DNA from: Candidatus Omnitrophota bacterium
GTDB lineage: Bacteria > Omnitrophota > Gorgyraeia > 2-01-FULL-45-10
DNA length: 37,278 nucleotides
Direction of reading: 5' to 3'
Assembly (NCBI GenBank): GCA_041667225.1
Contig: JBAYFK010000001.1
Location: forward strand, 1-37,278
The position numbers and the translations under genes are program-made. Under the pieces are notes generated by a model that saw only the letters and a list, made by a program, of their open reading frames with translations, searched no databases and had not been told where the DNA came from. Shown piece by piece: positions 30,809 through 37,278 of the stretch (position 1 is its first letter; each line of letters starts with the position of its first letter).

Positions 30809-33354
30809 TGAGAACAGACGAAATAAGAAGAGCGTATCTTGAATTTTTCCGGTCGAAGTCGCACGAGATGGTCCCAAGCGACTCCCTGGTCCCTAAAGAC
30901 GACCCGTCGCTGCTTTTTACGGGCGCCGGCATGAACCAGTTCAAGGAGAAGTTCATGGGACGCAATGTCACATATAAACGCGCCGCCACTTCGCAGAAAT
31001 GCCTGAGGACCGGTGATCTCGACAACGTCGGGAAGACATCCGGCCACCACACATTCTTCGAGATGTTAGGCAATTTCTCGTTCGGGGATTATTTCAAGAA
31101 AGAAGCTATCCAATGGGCATGGGAATTCCTTACTATAACGCTTAAGATAAGCCCTGATAAGCTGTGGGTGTCGGTATATAAAGACGATGATGAGGCGTAC
31201 GCCATATGGCGCGATAGCGTGAAGATCCCGGAAAACAGGATCGTGAGACTGGGCGAGAAAGATAACTTTTGGCCTTCCGAGGCGCCGACAAAAGGGCCTA
31301 ACGGGCCGTGCGGGCCGTGTTCCGAGATATTCTTCGACCGCGGCGAGGGCGAAGGATGCGGTAAGAGCGGATGTTCCCCGGCATGCGACTGTAAGAGATT
31401 CGTAGAGATATGGAACCTCGTATTTACGCAATTCGACAGGCAGCCCGACGGGAGCCTGAAACCGCTGCCCAATAAGAATATAGATACTGGCATGGGGCTG
31501 GAGAGGATAGCGGCCGTCATGCAGGGCGTAAAGACCAATTTCGAGATAGATATATTTAAGTCCGTGATCGACATGATAAAGAAAGAATCGAAGGCGTCTA
31601 TCCAGGTACCGAAAGTCAACGCGATCGCCGACCATATAAGGGCAGTTACTTTCTCCATATCGGACGGCGTTATGCCCTCCAACGAGGAACGCGGCTACGT
31701 GATAAGAAAGCTGGTCAGGCGGTCCATCGGCCATGCTATCGACCTTGGGATAAGGGCGCCATTCTTGTATAAATTGGTGAGCGCGATAGTCGATTCGATG
31801 AAATCGCAGTATCCCGAATTGCTTGAAAGAAGGGACGAAATTGCTCAGGTGGTTAAGCGGGAGGAAGAGAACTTCATGACTGTGCTTGATACGCAGATAC
31901 CGAAGGTCGAAGAGGCTTTCAAGAAGTTATCTCAGGCCAAAGACGCTTCAATGACCGCCATCCAGGCGTTCGACTTCTACGATACATATGGTATGCCGTA
32001 CGATATGCTTGAAGAGATCGCCCAGAAGTCAGGCTTAAAGATAGATAACGCTGCGTTCGAAAAGCTACTCGACGAACAGCGCTCCAGATCGCGCGCTAAG
32101 AGCAAGATAAAGAGCGAGATATTTACAGAGACATTTGCAAAGAAGGTGGAGGCACTGGGCCTTAAGACGGAGTTCTTGGGATATGAAAAGGCTCATGCTG
32201 AGGCGAAGGTGCTTGAGGTGCTGGAAGGCGGCGAAGTCATTCTGGACAGGACCCCATTTTACGGAGAATCGGGAGGCCAGGCGGGCGATTGGGGAGAGAT
32301 AGAGACCCCTTCCGGTAAGATGAAGGTCGAGGATGCCAAGAAGATAGGCAGCACAATAGTTCATGTAGGCACTCTTGTGAAAGGGCGCATAGAAAAAGGA
32401 GAAATTGCCAAGGCGACCATCGACGAAGTTGTACGCAAAAAGACCATGTCCAACCATACGGCCACTCATCTGCTTCAGGCGGCGCTGCGCAAGGTGCTTG
32501 GCGAACACGTTCACCAGACCGGCTCTCTTGTAGACGAAAGTCACTTAAGGTTCGATTTTACTCATATGGCTAAGATGGAAGCCAGGGAACTGGCTAGGGT
32601 CGAGGAACTCGTTAACGAATCCGTTAAGAAGCATATCAAAGTGAATAAAGAGGTGAAGGGCCTCGAAGCGGCGAAGATCGACGGAGCTACGGCGCTCTTC
32701 GGGGAGAAGTACGATTCGATCGTACGCGTCGTGACCATAGCAGACATATCTAAAGAGCTTTGCGGCGGTACTCACGTAGACAACACAGGCGATATCGGCA
32801 TGTTCAGGATAACGAGTGAAAGCTCTATAGCTTCGGGTGTGAGGCGAATAGAGGCCGTTACCGGAGAAGAGGCGGTCAAATGGGTCGCCTGCAGGGAAGA
32901 GAAGGAAAAAGAGAAGGCCAGGTTACAGGACGTAAAAGAGGCTCACAAGAAGGCGTCGGAAACGAGGCTCAAACAGGAGCTGGAGAAGGTCGACGACCTG
33001 GTGGCGAAAGCAAAGAATATAGGGAATATAAAATTCGTCTGCGAAGTGATAGATGATGCGGAAATAGATATTTTAAGAGCGATCTCGGATAAAGTAAAGC
33101 TGAAGAGCGGCAGCGCAGCTGTTGTGCTGGCTACAAAGAAAGACGGTAAAGTGACCTTCGTAACTTCCGTTACGGAGGATATGATCAAAAACAATATTTT
33201 GAGCGCGAACGACATGGCGAAGGAGCTTGCCAAGGCCCTTGGAGGGTCAGGAGGCGGCAAACCGGGCTTTGCGCAGGGCGGCGGAAAAGATCCGGCGCAG
33301 CTGGACGGCGCTTTGAACAGGATATATGAGATCGTGAGGGGGAAGATCAAATGA
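30805..33354 (+). CDS. alaS: alanine--tRNA ligase
   Basis: RRAYLEFFRSKSHEMVPSDSLVP...LLFTGAGMNQFK and FFEMLGNFSFGDYFK mark the class II catalytic core. The editing domain carries HTATHLL and CGGTH, and the C-terminal DHHA1-like domain carries GGGGKP. Confidence 0.97.
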   Translation: MMRTDEIRRAYLEFFRSKSHEMVPSDSLVPKDDPSLLFTGAGMNQFKEKFMGRNVTYKRAATSQKCLRTGDLDNVGKTSGHHTFFEMLGNFSFGDYFKKEAIQWAWEFLTITLKISPDKLWVSVYKDDDEAYAIWRDSVKIPENRIVRLGEKDNFWPSEAPTKGPNGPCGPCSEIFFDRGEGEGCGKSGCSPACDCKRFVEIWNLVFTQFDRQPDGSLKPLPNKNIDTGMGLERIAAVMQGVKTNFEIDIFKSVIDMIKKESKASIQVPKVNAIADHIRAVTFSISDGVMPSNEERGYVIRKLVRRSIGHAIDLGIRAPFLYKLVSAIVDSMKSQYPELLERRDEIAQVVKREEENFMTVLDTQIPKVEEAFKKLSQAKDASMTAIQAFDFYDTYGMPYDMLEEIAQKSGLKIDNAAFEKLLDEQRSRSRAKSKIKSEIFTETFAKKVEALGLKTEFLGYEKAHAEAKVLEVLEGGEVILDRTPFYGESGGQAGDWGEIETPSGKMKVEDAKKIGSTIVHVGTLVKGRIEKGEIAKATIDEVVRKKTMSNHTATHLLQAALRKVLGEHVHQTGSLVDESHLRFDFTHMAKMEARELARVEELVNESVKKHIKVNKEVKGLEAAKIDGATALFGEKYDSIVRVVTIADISKELCGGTHVDNTGDIGMFRITSESSIASGVRRIEAVTGEEAVKWVACREEKEKEKARLQDVKEAHKKASETRLKQELEKVDDLVAKAKNIGNIKFVCEVIDDAEIDILRAISDKVKLKSGSAAVVLATKKDGKVTFVTSVTEDMIKNNILSANDMAKELAKALGGSGGGKPGFAQGGGKDPAQLDGALNRIYEIVRGKIK

Positions 33355-34571
33355 AGATAGTAAAAGTCGGCAGTAAACAATTTCAGAAACTTTGCGAGCG
33401 TAATTCCGGGCGGAATAAACGCGTGAGCGAGAGTGTAAGGAAGATAGTGGACAATGTTAAACTTTACGGCGACGACGCGCTCATCAAATACACTAAGAAG
33501 TTCGACAGGGTAGCGCTCACTCCGAAAGAACTCAGGGTCTCTGAATGCGAAACCTCCGGCGCATATCAGGATATAAAACCTGAATTCGTTTCCACCCTCA
33601 AGGTCATCATGGATAACATCAACAAGTTCTACAAAAAACAGCTGAAAAAATCCTGGAAGATCAAAGACGCCGACGGCGTTCTTCTGGGCGAGAAGGTGAC
33701 CTCTATCGAGAACGTGGGCGTATATGTTCCGAGCGGGACGGTACCGCTCGTATCGAGCGTCTATATGACCGTAATACCGGCCAGGATGGCGGGAGTTAAG
33801 AAGATAGTCATGGTCACGCCCCCTAATAAATATAAATCCGTGGATCCGCATATCCTTGTAGTCGCGGACCTGCTTAAAGTGGATGAGATATATAAGTTGG
33901 GAGGAGCCCAGGCGATAGCGGCTCTTGCGTTCGGTACCAAGAGCGTACCGAAGGTCGACAAGATAGTAGGCCCGGGTAACGCGTATGTCACCGAAGCGAA
34001 GCGCCAGGTCTTCGGCCATTGTGATATAGATATGCTTGCGGGTCCCACAGAGGTTGTGATCATAGCCAACCAGTTCTCGAACGTAAATTTTATAAAGGCA
34101 GATCTCGCTGCGCAGGCCGAGCATTTTATGGGGCTCGCCATATTGATAACCAATTCGAAGAAACTGGCCAAGGCCCTTAAAAATGAAGGGGGCGACGGTT
34201 ATATCGTACTCGTGAAGAATATGGATGAGGCCGCGCAGGTAAGCGATATGATAGCGCCGGAACACCTGGAGATATTGACGAATAATCCCAGGAAGATCGC
34301 TAATAAGATATCGAACGCGGGCGCGATATTCCTCGGTCCCTATACTCCGGTCGCTATAGGGGATTACGTAGCCGGCCCGAGCCACGTACTGCCGACAGGC
34401 GGCAGCGCAAGGTTCTTCTCGGGACTGGGTGTTTCCGATTTCTATAAGAGTTCTCATATACTTTCGTACACTAAAAAAGCGCTCGAGAAACTTCGCGAGC
34501 CCCTGGAAAAAGTTGCAGGTATTGAAGGGCTTCAGAAACATCTCGATTCCGTAAAAGTCAGGTTTGAGTAA
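33351..34571 (+). CDS. hisD: histidinol dehydrogenase
   Basis: VGVYVPSG, GGAQAIAALAFGT and IVGPGNAYVTEAKR are present, as are AGPTEV, AQAEH and GDYVAGPSHVLPTGGSARF. ATGA overlap with the alaS stop. Confidence 0.93.
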   Translation: MKIVKVGSKQFQKLCERNSGRNKRVSESVRKIVDNVKLYGDDALIKYTKKFDRVALTPKELRVSECETSGAYQDIKPEFVSTLKVIMDNINKFYKKQLKKSWKIKDADGVLLGEKVTSIENVGVYVPSGTVPLVSSVYMTVIPARMAGVKKIVMVTPPNKYKSVDPHILVVADLLKVDEIYKLGGAQAIAALAFGTKSVPKVDKIVGPGNAYVTEAKRQVFGHCDIDMLAGPTEVVIIANQFSNVNFIKADLAAQAEHFMGLAILITNSKKLAKALKNEGGDGYIVLVKNMDEAAQVSDMIAPEHLEILTNNPRKIANKISNAGAIFLGPYTPVAIGDYVAGPSHVLPTGGSARFFSGLGVSDFYKSSHILSYTKKALEKLREPLEKVAGIEGLQKHLDSVKVRFE

Positions 34572-34587
34572 GAAAGGAAAACATTGT

Positions 34588-35199
34588 ATGGGTAAAAAGA
34601 TACGCAGCGCCGCTATAAAGCGTAAAACAAAAGAGACGGATATAACCGGGAAATTTGTAATAGACGGTACGGGCCAGACCGATATCGATACCGGTATAGG
34701 ATTCCTGGATCACATGCTGACGCTCTTCGCGTTCCACGGCCTCTTTGACCTTAAGATAAAAGCAAAAGGCGATCTAAAAGTGGATATACACCATACCAAT
34801 GAGGACGTGGCCATATGCCTGGGTAAAGCTTTTAAGGAGGCGCTTGGCGATTGCAAAGGCATAAAGAGGTACGGTTCCAAAGAAGTGCCTATGGACATGG
34901 CGGCAGTCAGGGGAATGGTCGATATAGGAGGAAGGTACGCGTTCGCGTGGAGGATGCCTCCATACGCCGTCTCAATAGTATCACAGGAGAATTACTCGAT
35001 CGAAGACGGAAAAGATTTTCTCGATACGTTCGCGAAGAACGCAGGCCTGAACCTTCATGTAGATATCTTTTCGGGTGAGGATGTGCACCACGTCCTCGAG
35101 GCCGCATTCAAGGCGCTGGGCATAGCGCTTGATGAGGCGACGCAGATAGATCTTAGGCGTAAGGGTGTACCGTCGACGAAGGGAGTAATAGATCTGTAG
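34588..35199 (+). CDS. hisB: imidazoleglycerol-phosphate dehydratase (monofunctional)
   Basis: KRKTKETDI, GIGFLDHML, DIHHTNEDVAICLG and EDVHHVLEAAFKALG are family signatures. ATG 34588 has an AAGGAAA SD upstream. The track start at 34564 overlaps the hisD stop. Confidence 0.93.
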   Translation: MGKKIRSAAIKRKTKETDITGKFVIDGTGQTDIDTGIGFLDHMLTLFAFHGLFDLKIKAKGDLKVDIHHTNEDVAICLGKAFKEALGDCKGIKRYGSKEVPMDMAAVRGMVDIGGRYAFAWRMPPYAVSIVSQENYSIEDGKDFLDTFAKNAGLNLHVDIFSGEDVHHVLEAAFKALGIALDEATQIDLRRKGVPSTKGVIDL

Positions 35200-35847
35200 A
35201 TGAAGAGAGGTATAATAGCGGTCATAGATTACGGGATGGGGAATTTGAGGAGCGTCGAAAAGGCGCTTAAAGTGGCCGGAGGAAATGCTAAGGTCACATC
35301 GGACCCCGTCTATCTTAAGAAGGCCGACAAGATCGTTCTTCCCGGTGTCGGGGCGTTCGGCGAAGCTATGGCGGAATTGAAGCGTAGACAGCTCGATATC
35401 CCGATAAAGGATGCCCTTAGGCAGGGAAAGATGTTTTTAGGGCTATGCCTGGGTTTACAACTCTTATTCGAAAAGAGCGAAGAGGATCCCGGGGTCAGAG
35501 GACTTTCTATCCTTAAGGGAAAAGTAAAACGTTTTAGATCAGGCATGGAACGCGGCGGCGAGAAACTGAAAGTCCCGCACATGGGATGGAATACCATAGA
35601 TAAATGCTCCGGGGTAAGCGCCGCTAGTGCGAAGATGCTGAAGGGCGTGCCCAGCGGCTCATATATGTATTTTGTGCATTCGTATTACGTAGATCCGATA
35701 GATAAGAGGCTTTCGTTTACGACCACGGATTATGGATCTAAGTTCATATCGAGCGTATGTAAAGATAATATATGCGCCTTTCAATTTCACCCCGAGAAGA
35801 GCCAGGCGCTCGGGCTAAAAGTCCTGGAAAATTTTGTGAGGTCATGA
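35200..35847 (+). CDS. hisH: imidazole glycerol phosphate synthase, glutamine amidotransferase subunit
   Basis: IAVIDYGMGNLRSVEKAL, LPGVGAFG, the nucleophile elbow GLCLGLQLL, VPHMGWN and FQFHPEKS are present. The start directly abuts the hisB stop. Confidence 0.93.
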   Translation: MKRGIIAVIDYGMGNLRSVEKALKVAGGNAKVTSDPVYLKKADKIVLPGVGAFGEAMAELKRRQLDIPIKDALRQGKMFLGLCLGLQLLFEKSEEDPGVRGLSILKGKVKRFRSGMERGGEKLKVPHMGWNTIDKCSGVSAASAKMLKGVPSGSYMYFVHSYYVDPIDKRLSFTTTDYGSKFISSVCKDNICAFQFHPEKSQALGLKVLENFVRS

Positions 35848-36569
35848 TGAAAGTGATACCAGCTGTCGACATAAGGGGCGGGAACGTTGTCCGCCTCATA
35901 CAGGGGAACATAGGGCTGGAGACCATATATTCACATTCGCCTTTAGAGGAGGCCCAGAGGTGGGCGGCGTATGATATCGATATGCTCCATATAGTCGATC
36001 TTGACGGAGCTATAGAGGGTAAGCTCGTGAATTTTGATATAGTCAAAGAGATAGCGAAAAAAATAAAATGTAAAGTCGAGCTCGGAGGAGGCATCAGGGA
36101 CGAAGAGACTATAAAGATGGTGCTGGACGGCGGCATCGACAAGGTCGTTATCGGGACTAAAGCGCTCGATGAAAAATTCCTGGAGAAGATCGAGAAGAAG
36201 TTCAGGGACAATATCGTTGTAGGGATAGACGCCAAAGAGGGTATGGTGCAGACCAAAGGATGGCTTTTTAATACCAAGGTTAGAGCGGTAAAACTGGCGA
36301 AAGAGATGGAAGCTGTCGGCGTCAAGACGATAAATTACACCGATATTTCGCGAGACGGCACACTGGAAGGGCCGAATATCACAAGCCTGACGGAGCTCAT
36401 GAAAGAGATTAAAGTAGACATAATAGCGTCCGGAGGCGTTTCCAATATAAAAGATGTAGAAAGGCTTAAGGCGCTCGAAAAAGACGGCTTGAAGGGCATT
36501 ATCATAGGCAAGGCTCTTTATGAGAAGACCGTCGACCTGAGAGAGGTCATAGAGATATGCCGCGCTTAA
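35844..36569 (+). CDS. hisA: 1-(5-phosphoribosyl)-5-[(5-phosphoribosylamino)methylideneamino]imidazole-4-carboxamide isomerase
   Basis: MMKVIPAVDIRGGNVVRLIQG, LHIVDLDGA, ELGGGIR, YTDISRDGTLEGPN and SGGV are present. ATG 35844 overlaps the hisH stop (ATGA). The track start at 35772 lies within hisH. Confidence 0.92.
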   Translation: MMKVIPAVDIRGGNVVRLIQGNIGLETIYSHSPLEEAQRWAAYDIDMLHIVDLDGAIEGKLVNFDIVKEIAKKIKCKVELGGGIRDEETIKMVLDGGIDKVVIGTKALDEKFLEKIEKKFRDNIVVGIDAKEGMVQTKGWLFNTKVRAVKLAKEMEAVGVKTINYTDISRDGTLEGPNITSLTELMKEIKVDIIASGGVSNIKDVERLKALEKDGLKGIIIGKALYEKTVDLREVIEICRA

Positions 36570-36580
36570 AGAGATAACGT

Positions 36581-37278
36581 ATGCTTGCGAAAAGAATAAT
36601 ACCGTGTTTAGACGTCAAGGGCGGCCGGGTCGTTAAGGGCGTAAATTTCATAGACCTTAAAGATGCCGGGGATGCGGTCGAGAATGCGAAGTTCTATGAC
36701 AGCCAGGGCGCCGACGAACTCGTGTTCCTCGATATTACGGCAAGCCATGAGAAGCGTAAGACGACGCTTGAGCTTGCAAGGAAGGTGGCGGAGTCGATAT
36801 TCCTGCCATTCACTGTAGGCGGGGGAATAGGTTCCGTCGAAGATATACGCAGCCTCCTGAACGCGGGGTGCGATAAAGTATCGATCAATTCGGCTGCTGT
36901 AAAGAAGCCTTCGTTCATAAAAGAGGCTTCAAAAAGGTTCGGCAGCCAGTGTATAGTCGTGGCGATAGATGCCAGATGTAAGGTAAAGACCAGGAAGAAA
37001 CAGTCCTGGGAAGTATATATCAACGGAGGGCGTATCCCCACAGGATTGGATGTCGTGGCGTGGGCTAAAAAGATCGAGTCGCTTGGCGCCGGGGAGATAC
37101 TCCTTACCAGTATGGATTACGACGGGACCAAAGAGGGGTACGACATAGATCTTACGAGCAGGATCAGCGAAGCCATAGAGATCCCTGTTATAGCCTCCGG
37201 CGGCGCGGGAAATCTCGAACATCTTTATGAAGCCCTGACGGACGGCAAGGCCGACGCCGTTCTTGCCGCGTCTATATT
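36581..37278 (+). CDS. hisF: imidazole glycerol phosphate synthase, cyclase subunit (3' end outside the window)
   Basis: This is my own translation from ATG 36581, and it is not in the ORF track because no stop is reached. It reads [55 protein letters not shown]...[14 protein letters not shown]..., a canonical HisF. Confidence 0.93.
   Translation, partial: MLAKRIIPCLDVKGGRVVKGVNFIDLKDAGDAVENAKFYDSQGADELVFLDITASHEKRKTTLELARKVAESIFLPFTVGGGIGSVEDIRSLLNAGCDKVSINSAAVKKPSFIKEASKRFGSQCIVVAIDARCKVKTRKKQSWEVYINGGRIPTGLDVVAWAKKIESLGAGEILLTSMDYDGTKEGYDIDLTSRISEAIEIPVIASGGAGNLEHLYEALTDGKADAVLAASI

Noticed and set aside
32943-34541. 532-aa ORF on the minus strand
   Set aside because: It is entirely antisense to the unambiguous alaS and hisD genes. 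Its Arg/Tyr/Phe-rich low-complexity translation has no recognisable motifs, which is typical of a shadow ORF opposite real coding sequence.
1-37278. Search for tRNA/rRNA genes, CRISPR arrays, IS elements, integrases or prophage genes
   Set aside because: None was found. All intergenic regions are shorter than 300 nt and show no cloverleaf-capable sequence, no regularly spaced repeats and no transposase or integrase-like ORFs.

Overview
Compact bacterial chromosomal window with moderate GC, many 4-nt ATGA stop/start overlaps and short intergenic gaps. Left 11.4 kb (all + strand) is a conserved housekeeping array: rbfA (3' part), nrnA-like DHH phosphoesterase, truB, ribF, rpsO, pnp, dut, ftsK, rodZ-like, rimO, pgsA, pgpA. 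The centre, about 40% of the window, is one uninterrupted 15.5-kb ORF (11693..27157, about 5,150 aa). It is not a repeat-type adhesin and not an NRPS/PKS. By motif reading it is a polytopic membrane protein carrying two CPBP/Abi-type intramembrane-protease-like modules, two RsbW/SpoIIAB-type GHKL ATPase/kinase-like domains, two paralogous Rossmann-like modules, a GNAT acetyltransferase, a calcineurin-like metallophosphatase and a C-terminal Cys-His-Asp papain/transglutaminase-like domain, plus large helical regions of unknown function. It has its own AT-rich leader containing a terminator-like hairpin just before the start codon. The right part holds convergent cinA-thpR (- strand), then a tightly coupled recA-recX-alaS-hisD-hisB-hisH-hisA-hisF (3'-truncated) chain on the + strand. 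I saw no rRNA, tRNA, CRISPR array, transposase or integrase. All domain calls inside the giant ORF are motif-level readings by eye and need profile or structure searches. Lineage is not determinable from here. The giant gene is reminiscent of those reported in uncultivated groups such as Omnitrophota, but that link is only inference.
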